A DNA stretch of 64,000 nt from Callorhinchus milii (Eukaryota), in assembly GCF_018977255.1 (NCBI RefSeq), contig NW_024704743.1, positions 37,884,001 to 37,948,000 of the forward strand. The letters are read 5' to 3'. Below the pieces are notes generated by a model. That model made no database searches. It was given only the letters and a program-made list of their open reading frames with translations, and was not told the origin of the DNA. This document shows positions 26,023-38,729 of the stretch, piece after piece. Position 1 is the stretch's first letter. Each line of letters opens with the position of its first letter. The translations under genes and the position numbers were made by a program.

Positions 26023-29000
26023 ACAGAGTGTGCACTGCCCAGCATGTTTCCTGGACATACAAACCCTGAAGGTCACAGGTTCGATCTGTGACCTATGTTG
26101 CCTTAGTCAATCTCAGCCAGAAAAACAGTGGGAGATACACAATTGTTCCCAATGTTCCCATGCTTTTGGGAGATGAAACAAAACAGTTTCTCGTTCCTGA
26201 AGGCTCTCCAGTAATCTGTGCTAAAAAAAAACATTGTGTATACATAGGATCAGATCTGGACACAGTGTATAATGGAAAGATTTGATTTAATATGTTCGAA
26301 AACTAGGATTTTCAGTTTTAAAGACGAAAGAAATTTAAGAAAAGAACTACATAGCTAACCTGGGACAGCCCACGCCTCACAGCTCTCCTGTTCAAAACAG
26401 ACAATGCTGCCAACAATTGAATAACTACCTGAATCTCAATTCCGAATTAAACATTTGGAGTTGTCTCACATAAACATATGTGAAATAAGTGACCAAATGT
26501 ACATTAGTATTACTGTACATAAGAGCAGTTCCTGTATTAATGAGACCAAGTGTTTGCTTATAGCACACCCAAGTGGTTCAAACCAGATAGTGCAATGCAA
26601 GCAGTAAGTCAGGCCAACGTACATAGTGACATTGTGCCAATTTTGCCCAGGTGTGGAATTCATAACATAGCCATGCACGGAACAGCTCAATAATGCAGAA
26701 AAAAATTGTCATCAAGAGCCAGAACATATCCCTAATTATCCGAGGACTGAACACCTGAGACGTTCCTTTAGCTTATGTGTGATTCCAGGTTGATCGAAAA
26801 CAATTTTTGTTGCAGAAGGTGAGGTAATTTCACATTCAATAAAATAATGCACATTTAATGTGTGAAAAGCAGCCTGGTTGTTGATGTTGTTGAGTTTTTC
26901 CTGTAAAGTGTGGTTAGTATATCTGTAGGCAAACGCAGGAGCCAGCTTGCACATAGAAATATCCAACAAACATCCAAGAAGTGAATGACTATTCTGGAAG
27001 ATTGTTGTCCAGGTTACAGAGAGAAATGTCCTCTTTTTTTCCAATTGGGTGACAGGATCTTTAACGTCCCCCTGAACAGGCGGACAAATCCTTGGCTTAA
27101 TGTCTCATTAAAGGACAGCACTAATGGCATCACTACCCCAGCATTGCACTAAAGGGCCAGCCGAGACTTAGCTCGAAGTCCTGATGTGGAGCTCGAATCA
27201 ACAACCTTCCCACTCAGAGGGGAAACTGCTTAGCCAGGCTGCCACCAAGGGTCTCAAAAGAGAGAACATTAAAAGTCGGCAAAGAAAGAAAGGCAGAAAA
27301 ATAGTTGTTGCATTTTTAGTGACTCTTCCTTTATAAAAGTGGTTAAACGTGAACAATAACAACTTGTATTTATATAGCACCCTTCACGCTGGACGGCATC
27401 TCCATTTTACAGGATTCACCTCCTGTAAAATGAACCTCCATTTTACAGAAGGTTTTCAGAGGAGGTTTGGTTTCTAGTAAAGTCAGGTCTACAGATAACC
27501 GCCAGTAAATTCATACTTCCAGATTGAATTTTTTTAAAAAAGTTTTCATACAGATAAGCAAATTTTTTTAAAAAATCGGTTTAAAATAAACCATTCTTAT
27601 TGGAGAGGATGTAAGTGGGGTCTCTTTGGAGCTGAATGGCTCCAAGGTGACTTATTTTGCAATGGAATGTCATTATGAAGTCAACCCTCTAGGGCTGTCT
27701 CGGAGGTCTAGCGCCTTGGGATGTCTCCTGAAGTGAAAGGCGCTATACAAATGTAATTTGTTGTTGTTGTTGTTGTTGTCCAGTTCCTGAGATAGACAGG
27801 TCTTGGGGGGTGTCATCAACAAGCTCAGATTTGTCTGTGATATTCCCCGCCTTGCCCCCCCCCACCGCCACCACTACCCACCCATTAGAGACATTTATTA
27901 TTCTGGTTCACAAATTATACCGTAGCTATTGGCAGTTAGTGCATTCTAGATGTGCCTTGTTTGCCTCAGTGCTGTAAGACAGAAATTAAGCCCTGCACTC
28001 CAGAAGTCAGAGAATCCCTTAGTCAACACCAACAGCCAATAAATACGCTTAGCTGCTTAATTCCACTCACGCTGATTATACGATCTATCTATAATTAATA
28101 GTGCAAGACAATTGATAAGGAATAGAAAATAGTACAAATTCCACCTACGACTCTTCATTCCTCGAAATAAATTTAAAATTGCAAGTTAAGAGCACTGTGA
28201 AGCAAGGTTTAATACATGGTATGCGCTTTGCTTTACCTTAGCAATTTTCTGCTGTATGGGGTGACTTGAACTCATTTCAGCACTGCACCACTCAGTGCGC
28301 CAAGGTTACTTTAATCCAAGCTACGGTCAGAGGTACCGATCATATCTCCCCTGAGTAAACACATGACAGATATTCTAGGAGGACTGAATTATTATAACCA
28401 AATCTATCAAACAGTCAAGCTATGGCACGGCCTTATTACTGGAGAGACTGTTATCTCCATTCAAGTTATTCATCAGAGAGCTATTTTCTATTGTAATGGG
28501 GCTCACCAAGTAACTACCCCCTCATCTCCGATATACATTGGATGGGTTCTTTATCTTAGAAAGCAGTGATTTCCCATAGGTATGTAGATTCTAGGTCAGT
28601 GAATTACCACAAACCCACTCATAAACAGTGATACATTTAGTATCATCACTACAGTACATTATAATAACAATAATACTTGCATTTGATATAAACCCTTATC
28701 ACGTCGTTGAGAAATCTGTTTAAAATAGACAATTTTTTACCAGGTACGCTGTAAAGTGGATTGACTGTTTCATCCTACCCAGGAATCGAACCCAGGTCCT
28801 CTTACTTCGAGTGTGCGCTAACCAATACAGTACATTAAATCTGTATTGACATTTTGGCTCTAAGCAAACCTGCTGGGGCCAAAAGAAAGCACGGCGTCAA
28901 ATAACTATATTTAAAAAAAACTCTAAAACTTTAATTTATCATCTGTGACTCAAAACACATTAAAAACATGTTTCATGTATTTATTCTAGAGCNTTTTTTC

Positions 29001-29502
29001 CCTCCTTGTGTAATGAAATAAACCATGGATGTAATCTAAAACAAAAAAGATTTGAAAGGTACACGGCTTCTGTACAAGTCTTGTGCACCTCCCAGTGGCT
29101 GGTTCTGGAACAATCTTATCAATTTCTGGAAATGATCTGGAGTCAGAGAGGTTTGGTTTCAAATCCAGGATATTAAATCCCAGCACACCCTGGTCTGTTT
29201 CAACAGCAAACATCAGGTTTTGATGCCAAACTTATTTCATCTTGGTTGATAAGTATACAAGAACAGAAACAATAACAGGTCTGCAATTACCTGTCTGAAC
29301 ACGGCTGGTACACAGAATTACTTTTTGCATTCGTGTTTTTATTTCCCATGCCACCATCATCCCCCACCCATTCCCCCATGGACTAGGATTTATACATTTT
29401 CTTTTGGATGAGACTGAAATGCTCTACCTGGCTCAATGCTACATCCTTCTGAAGTCTTCCCCCATTTTATTCTATTTCTCCCTTGTACTGAAGTGCTACA
29501 GT

Positions 29503-29927
29503 GGAGTCCTGTAACGTAGGGTATTGTAGGGTATTGTTTCGAGGACTGGTACACAGAATTACTTTTTGTTATGTAAGGTATTGTTTGGAGGACTCGCCTC
29601 GCAAGTGAGAGGACCTGGGTTCGATTCCTGGGCAGGGTGAAACCTTAGGCAAATTTCCTTACTCCACGCACCTCTCTTTACCTAGCAGTAAGGAGGAAGC
29701 CAGTTGTTAGTCGATTGGTAGATTGCTTTTCCGGAGATAATAATCCCTTCCAAAAAAAGTAATAATAATAACTTGGACACTCAATCCATGGCTGTTTGCG
29801 GGACACTTGACTGCCGGGTTTTGCCCACAAAATCTAGTCAATTCACTTTACAGTATATTCTATGAAGCGCTTTAAGACGTCTCAATGACATGATAAGGTG
29901 CTATATCAAATGCAATTATTATTATTA
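29503..29927 (+). mobile_element. tRNA-Ala-derived SINE with scrambled head
   Basis: Family match; the head is interrupted by a locally templated insertion. Confidence 0.88.
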
Positions 29928-30799
29928 CACAGTCGCCTTGATTTTGTTCACGTTACTGAGTTTCGGTTGTAATTCCGGTTGCACATGGTTTCCTTTATTA
30001 GCCCTTATACTATGTTTATTTTGCTGAGAGGTAAGCAGCTTCACTTTGGGGGGGTGGGGGGGGGGGGGGCGGGTTGGTCATTTAATTGAATTTGAACCCT
30101 CTTTCCATGAAAGGTACAATTTAGTTCAAACTTTTTCTCCTTAAAAAGAATCCAAACAATAATAGAGTAGTGATGATCATCTTAGTTACTCAATTAAAGA
30201 CATTTTTAACGCATCAAAATAGAGGAATTGCAAGAGGAAGATTGCATCAGATGAACGAATCCCTCATTTGCCAAAGAGTTAATGTTACATAAGCCAAGAA
30301 AAGGAAGAAATTCTACTTGTCGACAAAAAAATAAAGATTGTAATCTTCAAATGTTAGTTGATAAAAACTACAGAACAGACAGAGGCCAGCAGGCACATCG
30401 AGTTTTTGCTGGTACTTGCTCCTCCACATGAATTATATACTGTAATCCCAATTTCCTGCTCTTTCCTCATACGCTCTTCTATTGTTTATCTTCAATTACT
30501 TATCCAATTCCCTCTTAAATGTTATGCTCAACGGCCCCTTGTGGGAAAGCATTTCATCTTCTAATAACTTCTAATAAATGAAAAACAATTTCTTCCATAT
30601 CACCCTTAACTCTTCCAGTGACGATCATGGTTTAACGGCTAGTGGGAATAATGTTGAGTTCAGCTGTGTCAGAATCATTCAATTTTGGTGAGATTTTTAA
30701 AAAATGTTTTATCTGTCAATAATGGAGTAATGAAGCATAAATTTGAACATCAATGTAAATGGACCATCTGGCAGTCATTAAGAGTAGCAGCAAGCACAT

Positions 30800-31195
30800 A
30801 ATAATATAATAATCCTTGTATTTAATACACCTTATCACTGTCAAAATTGATTCAAATCACTTCAAAGCACTTCACATGATTTACTGTCATTTGCAGTGAC
30901 TGTATTTGTAGGTGAGTGGCATCTATTTTGCAGATAGCAATGTTCCACAGCCATGGAGTAAGTGACCAATTTTGGAGGATTGTTGGTCAGGACACCAAGG
31001 AAAAATCCTTTCAATCTTTGACTAGTGCCACGGGATCTTTATTTCTGCCTGAATAGAACCTCAGTTTAACATCTCATCCAAAGGACGGCAGTGGTCTCCC
31101 AGCAATGTAATGAACGTCAGTCTAGAGAGAGTTCAATGTGAGCCCCACAACTTTCTGAGTCAGAGGCGAGAGTGCAACCAACTGAGCCAGACTAA
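30800..31195 (-). mobile_element. DeuSINE-like SINE
   Basis: Reverse-complement copy with head, centre and tail. Confidence 0.72.
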
Positions 31196-33354
31196 CTGAC
31201 ACTGCTGCCATTTATTGTTTTAGCACTGCAAAAGGCAATTCTTAAATGGTCCACTCTCCGCTCTTGCCCTTTACAAAGCATCCATTTGGAACGTTATTTT
31301 GCTCCCAGTTATCTTAAGTCCCTCTGTGTCACACACCATTTCCACAGTGAAGGTGGGCAGATGATTTGCTCCCAGGTTTCTGCCAATGATGTTCTTGAAC
31401 TGTTCTATTAACAAGGTGTACAAGAACAGGGTGGATTGAATCCGCCTCTGCAAGCAACCTCCCCAACATTACTCTTCCCTCCCGTTCAATAGATGGACTA
31501 TGTTCACTGTATAGGGAAACTAAAAGATGTATCACATCCTATCAACTGTGGAGCAAAGCTGCTCCATCATTTGCAATTACTATAATCAATATTTCATTTC
31601 AAAATTGATACAGACAAGCATTCAGCACGCCAAATCGATCCATGTATAACCCGAATTTAACCCCATTTAAATATTCTTTCATTTTGGATTGGCACCTACA
31701 TGCTACATTCATTTTAAGATGGGTATGTCTCGTCAGTCAGTCATTATAAACAAGCTACTTTATCTTTAGTCATGATAATACCTCTACCAACTCCCTAGAG
31801 AGCTCTGTCCATCAGCGTTCTTTCATTCAAATCTTCCCGCACACAATCCCTTGGGGTGAATAAGCACGACCATAACGGGGATGAGAACGAGGTGGGAGGG
31901 GGAAATCAATTATTCCATTTGACTTTATTATGTTGTCAAAACATCTCAACACGCTTTATGATAGGATTGCTCTGTTAATGTCACTCCAGTTGATAGACAA
32001 CATTTTGAAGGGTCTATCTCATGCTATAACAAAAATGAAATGCTCATTTTGGATTGTTTATTTTACCGTTCTTTTTTAATGGCTGCAATTGTCCACTTGG
32101 CTGTTGTCTCAATTAAATTTCAAACAATCACTAATGTGTTTACCCAATTATAGCAAAACATGTTCATTGCAAATTATGTTTCAAAAAATCCTTTCAGAGA
32201 AAAAATATACATCATCTGTCCCAGGCCCTTAATACCAGAACTATTCTGAAAATCTGTGATCTTTGCATTAAATTGAACGCTGCATCAGGGAACACAACCT
32301 CTTCCATACTCTCACACTTGTAAACATGCGTGCAGTTGTTCATTATTTTAATTGCTTTTGTAAAAGGAAAGCTAAAAAGAATCACTACAAGCTGCTCACA
32401 TTATACGCTTTATTGTTATCAAAACATGTCTTTTCCTAGAAAAAATATATTGAATTGAAAACAGGAGATGAAATGGCTGAGATGCACTGCTGGAGGGTAC
32501 AAATTTATAGCAACAGAAATATCAGGATGTCCTCCCCATCCATCCATTCTAAAGGTCCGAAATGAAACAACTAAATGAAATGTGACAGATAGCAATGGTT
32601 TATTAAGCCCCGTAGCGTAATGTTTAGTGGCCTCACCTCGCAAGCGAGAAGATCAGGGTTCCCAAGGGGTGACAAAACCTAAGGCAAGTTTCCTCTCTCC
32701 AAATGCCTGTTTATCTAGCAGTAAGTAGGAACCCAGTTGTTTGTTGATTTGGGGATCGCTTTCCGGGGGCAATGGTTTCTGCCATTGTGGTTACCAAGTG
32801 ATCTGGTCTTCTCGGATATTCAACAGCAGGTTACACTGCTTACTACCCAACAGTGTGGTTGCTGTGCAGGCAGCAGCTTCTACACTATAAACAAATTCAC
32901 TCACCCAGGCGTTTGAGTACGAAGGGCAGCCAATAATAAAACTAAAGCATTGAAGCACCAGACGAACATTTGGATTAACTTGCTTAAAGTTAAAAACAAA
33001 TAATGTATTCATATAGTATATTCATTTTTCCAGTAATGCATCCTTGTGCAATCCTACAATGTTCTGGAAAAAGACACAACTGTAAGATAAAACGAGGGTT
33101 ACTGTTAGTTTGAGGCGGAATAATTTTTGGAATTTCCTCTGTTCTCACTGTTCCAGTAGTGTCCAAGTGACCCACGAACTAATCGTCAGTCTGCCAGGGA
33201 AATCCACCTGGGATTGTCTAAACTTTGATACTGCAAATTAATCATGCCATCTCCATCACTGGAACTATCTACTTAATCAGATTCTCACGTTCATCTTTCA
33301 TATTTGTCTTCAAGTATTTATCCAAATTCCTTTTAAATACTGACATGGTAAATT

Positions 33355-33862
33355 CAATTTACCTTTATATAGCACTGTTAACGTTGGGAGGATGTCCCAT
33401 GGCACTCAATACTGGCTTGGTATGTGAGCTGTGGGAAGGGAGCCAAGGGGGATGGGAAGGGGAAAGATGACCAAAAGCACAGTCAAAGAGGTCTTGAGAT
33501 GGACCTTAGATGAGATGGGAGAGGGAGCGATTTGGAGCGACTCCGGAATGGAGTTCCAGAGAGGGGGCAGCAATGTTGAAAGCCCGCCTGCCGATGGTGG
33601 GGAGGGTAAGGCATGGAGCAATAAGCAGGTCGGTGCCCACTGAGCGGAGGGAGCAGACGGATAGGTAGGGTTTGAGGTGATTGCAGAGATAGGGTGAGAT
33701 GAGTCCATGGAGGGATTTAAAGATGAGAACAAGGATCTTGAATTCGATGCATGAGAGGTTGGGGAACCATGGAGCTGAGCGAGCATGAGGCGATAGATTC
33801 AAGAAACCTAGACAGCTATGGATAGTCTGCAGCTTGTGTAAGGAAGAGATGGGGAGTCCGGT
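33355..33862 (-). mobile_element. L2 LINE 3' fragment
   Basis: IEFKILVLIFKSLHGL and LWNSIP remnants; degenerate tail. Confidence 0.85.
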
Positions 33863-36778
33863 GAGCTCACCACTGCATTCATAAAGAGAAGGAAGTTCCT
33901 TCCAATGTGCTGGCCAACAATCCAACAGATATATTGGTCATTCACTTCATGGCTGTTTGTGGGATACCATGTGCACTAACTGGTCGCTGTGTTTGCCTAC
34001 AAATAGAGTGCAGATTGATAGAAAATAGTTCTAGATTTTCAATTTCTGTTTCTATATTAACAAATAATCACTTAAAGTGCTACTTTCAATAGCATAATAC
34101 ATGTTCTCCCAAAATACAATTGCACCTCTTACAAACATACTATAATAGGTTTTCAGGTTAATTTAGCATTGAGAGTAGCCAGGGTTCAATATTAGCACTC
34201 TGATGGTACTGTGCAAATAAATTGGACCGGTTTAAGAATAACACTTCAGAATCTGGGTCAAGAGATCTCCTGAAACGTTCAAAGCCTCCAGACAACACAA
34301 AACCCATTTTAGCGGTTACATAATGAATATGTCCCTTTCTGATGCACAGTGATAACAACAGCTCCATCAGCAGTTCAGAAATTTATAATTTATCAAAAGC
34401 TATTGAGTACATATCAGAACAGCACTAAGACTTGAAATAATATATGCCAGCATCTAAGCATAATGTGATCACCTACATCATTTTTAGGGCTTATTGATGG
34501 GAAAATCATTGACAACTAAATAAACTTAATTTACAAATCAATCCATAAAACAATTTCTCCTTCCCCCACCTATATTAAGTGACTGCTGGTACTGCTCTGT
34601 GCCAACCCCTGAGGTCCTGTCTGTCTATTAAAGATCCCATAGAGAAGAGAAGGCATTTCTCCCAGTATCCTGACTAACAATCCTCCAGATAAAATTGATC
34701 ATTCACTTCAAGGCTTTTTGTAGGACATTGCTGTTCGTCAATTGGCTGCCATGTTTGCCTACAAATGCAGAGTCACTATACTTTAGAGTAAATACTGTGA
34801 AGTGCTTTGAGACATAGACAATATGATTAGGTGCTATATCAAATGCAAGGATTATAATTATTATTAATGATAAGTATAACAAGGTTCAGAACTCACAAAA
34901 TTAATTAGGATACCAGCTACCATAGCAACAAATCTCCCCCTCGCCTAAACCATGATTCTAAGTATTTCTGGTCATCTCTGAAAGTAATAGAAAGGCTTGT
35001 ATTGAAATGCAATGAGTTTCATATTTTTGGGGACAAAAATCAAACCTTACCCTCAATATTTGCTTGAGTTGGTAATTTTTTTGTTATTTATTTTGTTGAC
35101 AAGCAAGTTAACTTTATTTTAAAAAACGAAATGCAGGTAACAAGAAATAATTCTACAGCACAGTCTCATTGCATAATTCCAAATGGATGAAGTGTATGAG
35201 ATGGTACAGAGAAAGAGGAGGGAATTGGGATTAGAATAGATGGCTCCTTGAAGGAGTAAACACCAACATGAAAAAATGGTCTGAACGGCCTCCTACCGTC
35301 ATATTTCAGAGTTTGTACATATTAAACAATAATAATAATCCTGGCATTTGATATAGCACTTCATGCGGAAGCCAGTTGCGCACAGCAATGTCTCACAAAA
35401 ATCCATGAACCTCCCTTCTCTTTTCAAATAGTGCCATGTGATCTTTAATATCCACCTGAACAGGCAGAGAGGAGCTCGGTTTAATGTCTCTTCTGAAGGA
35501 CGTACTGTGCACTATCACATGTGGTGCTAATGGTGGAATGCCAGATTCAACGCACATACGTTCACTGATAGCATACCTGAGTCAATTAGCTTATAGAGAT
35601 GAATTACCTTTAAAGAAATATTATACAATAAGCATTACGATCTGGGTATCTTCTCATTAGAAAAAATAAAATTAAAAAAGCACTAATATAGATAGTGTAT
35701 AGCAAAACTAAAATAGTCAATAGGGCAGCAGAGTCCATTACTCTGTATCTGTTTATTGGCATTAATTTAGACCACTGAACAGACTTCAAATCAACATCAT
35801 AGGTCTGTTGTTAAGAGAGGAATTCAAGATAATTGTAGCTTACAAAAACAGTAAAGTATTGACCCACAACATGCTATAGAGCAAAACTTATTTCAAGTGG
35901 CCGGAATAGACCAATTTCAGCATTACAGAATTTGGGTCTTGATCCTTCAATAACTTGTTTAATATTAAAAAAAAACTATTCTCAACTATAAATTAATCAC
36001 CGCGTAGTGAAAGACTGGTCTACAAATTTTGAATAATATGAATTTTCACAATAAGCTTCTCTTTAAATTATTATGTAAGTTGCTGTTGTGTTGTTGGTTT
36101 TGAAAAAGTTAATTTTGTAAATCTGGGACTTCCAATAGGCGGTTTCTTAAACAAGGCTTGTGTCTTGATTTCCACCACCCGTCTTGGTAACCTGTTCCAG
36201 TCGTGAATTACCCTGTGTAAAGACGAGTCATGATATATGAGGCAACAAGCAAGCTGGATTATATGATCAGGAATATATTAGTAAATAAAACCGGTTCACT
36301 CTTATTAGTGTCCTATTAGCACCACCCACGTATGGATAGAATCACAGTGCATGCAAAACTAAGATTAAAAATTTCTTTAAAACACGCACGTACATGAGCT
36401 GAAATTATAGCCTTCAGAATTGTGGTACCAGTTGACGAAACTGGCTTATAAATATACCACAATTGGTCATTAATTGAGAATTACCAAAGCTGTAAAATAA
36501 GACTGTAAAATTGCACATCCAGCTCATTGTCAAGAGAGCTTCATATAAACGACTTTCACAGTCAAGTGTTCAGCAGGAATTCTGTTACAGAAAATTATTG
36601 CTTCATTCATACCCGTTCAGTTCTAACTGATTTTGGATAATAGTATTAAGTGCAATCAATGTCTTGCAATTTTCCAGTGATACACACAAAACTATTATTT
36701 TTTTTTAGTGATTCTTATTCCAGGGTGAACTGTTGGATTTGACCAACAACCTCTGGCAGAGGTTAACTAACAACCTGC

Positions 36779-37095
36779 GGAGTCCTGTAGCTCAGTGGTT
36801 AGAGCACTCGCTTTGCAAGTGAGAGACCTGAGTTCAATTCCAGGCAGAGGGCGAAACCTTGGGCAAGTTTCCTTACTCCACACACCTAATAATAATCCGT
36901 CCAAAACAAAAACAATAATAAATTGGTCATTTTCAATCCACGACTGTTTGTGGGACATTGCTGTGCGCAATTGCTGCCATGTTCGCCCACAAATATACAG
37001 TCAATTCACTTTACAGTGTGTTCTGTGAAGCGCTTTGGGACGTCTTCCCGACGTGAAAAGCGCTATATCAAATGCAAGGATTATTATTATTATTA
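36779..37095 (+). mobile_element. tRNA-Ala-derived SINE, near full length
   Basis: A box TAGCTCAGTGG, anticodon arm CTCGC-TTTGCAA-GTGAG, B box GTTCAATTCC, L2-like stem-loop tail and (TTA)n. Confidence 0.9.
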
Positions 37096-38729
37096 ACCTC
37101 TGACCTAGAGGTGAGAATGCAAACAATTGAGCCAGAATACACCTCCAGTGCTGATATAGACTTCAGCAGCAACCCTCAAGCACTACCATCAGCCATTTTA
37201 TTGGAATGCCTCATTATTACAGAGTTACATAGAGTGATAATGCACAGTAAACGAGCCATTAGTCCGTGCCAGGATTACCGTGTGGTATAGTACACTGTAC
37301 TTCATCCTTTGTAGAAAAATCACCAGAAGTTCAGACGAAGAAAGCTGCATTCGTCCAGAATGCCATCTCTTCAATCTTCCCACTTCAGCATCATGTCATT
37401 TCTTAAATAACTCCATTTTCTTGAACTCCACCACAGTGAGCAACATTATTTAATTAACCAATGAAAAAGATTGCTGGAGATTCTATATCATTTATATTGG
37501 TTAATTCCATCATTCAGAGCGTCCGTAATGCAGTTACACAACTCACAAATTAGCCTTCTACCGCAGATGGGTTGAGGCATGTCTGTAATATTTGAAACTG
37601 GGTTTTGCAATTTATCAGAAAATAGTAAGTGCCAGGTTCCACCTGTGGGAGAAGCAGCAATCAACCTCAGATACATCTGAACCAGACTGCCGTGCAGCTA
37701 AGCTCCAAAGCAATAAAGGGATATTTTGTTAGTTCTAATCAACTGCATTAAAAACCATCCTGAAGTAAACCCGCAATTTGCTATAGCTAAAATACAGCAT
37801 CAGCAATCAAAAATATCAGCCTGCAGACTACTGTCCTCTACATACTCTGGATACACAGGCATCCTGTGTGTTACCAATAATGAAACGATCCTTTCATATC
37901 ACACATAGTGAGGGGCCAGAGAATTGTTTCCCTGCCACAGTAGTGTAGCGTTATTCACTACATTATTTATTAAAAAGATTGTGGATGTAATATTGATTCA
38001 ATACATTAGTTATTGCCAGGCATGATTGACATCAGAAAAGTAACAATAATATATTGTTTTGTTACATTGCTGGCAGTAATGTTAAACTCAGCTAAAGGCG
38101 GCAATGAAAATAATTCACATAAAAGGTACCCAATTTAGGATTTCGTAAACTGAAATGTTTATGCAAAGTCTAAAATCAACACCACTGCTCAGGAGCATTT
38201 CAGCACTACTGATTTCTGTGATACATTTTGTCAAGTTTCATTGTACAGTATCTAATATTTACGTCTGCACTAAAATATTTAGGAATCAAAATATGAATTT
38301 ACTCAAGGTCCACAGAGCCGCCTATTTTCATTGTGGTGAAAAATTACATGAAGTAATAATCTACGTAAGATGCCGATGTGAAGTGATCCCCCGGGAAGTG
38401 ACAACAAGGAGGACAGTAAGTGCACAAGGACAAAGAGCACAAGCAAGCATTTGAGCAAAAGCTGCCCCAAGGCTCAAGAGTGTTATTTAAGCTCTTGTTC
38501 TGGTGGGGCCTCGGCACTCCTCTGGAGCAAGTTTGCCTGCCTTTGGATGTCAGGGAGGAATTTAACAATGTTCTTTACACTCTGAGCAGAAGGGAGACTC
38601 GGGGATTCCAAACGGTGATATTTTCTGGGATGCTACCCTGCATGAGGGGCGCTATATAAATGCAAGTTGTTGTGTTCTAATGCTGTACAATTTGGTATTA
38701 CTGAGAAAATTAATTGAGAAACTGAACAA

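Noticed and set aside
28986..29213. Possible extra NEK11 exon (75-aa minus-strand ORF)
   Set aside because: The flanking NEK11 exons already join in phase with a contiguous kinase sequence, and this peptide has no kinase similarity.
36779..36855. tRNA-Ala gene
   Set aside because: The tRNA-like head runs straight into SINE body and tail, the acceptor stem is poor, and many diverged copies occur in the window.
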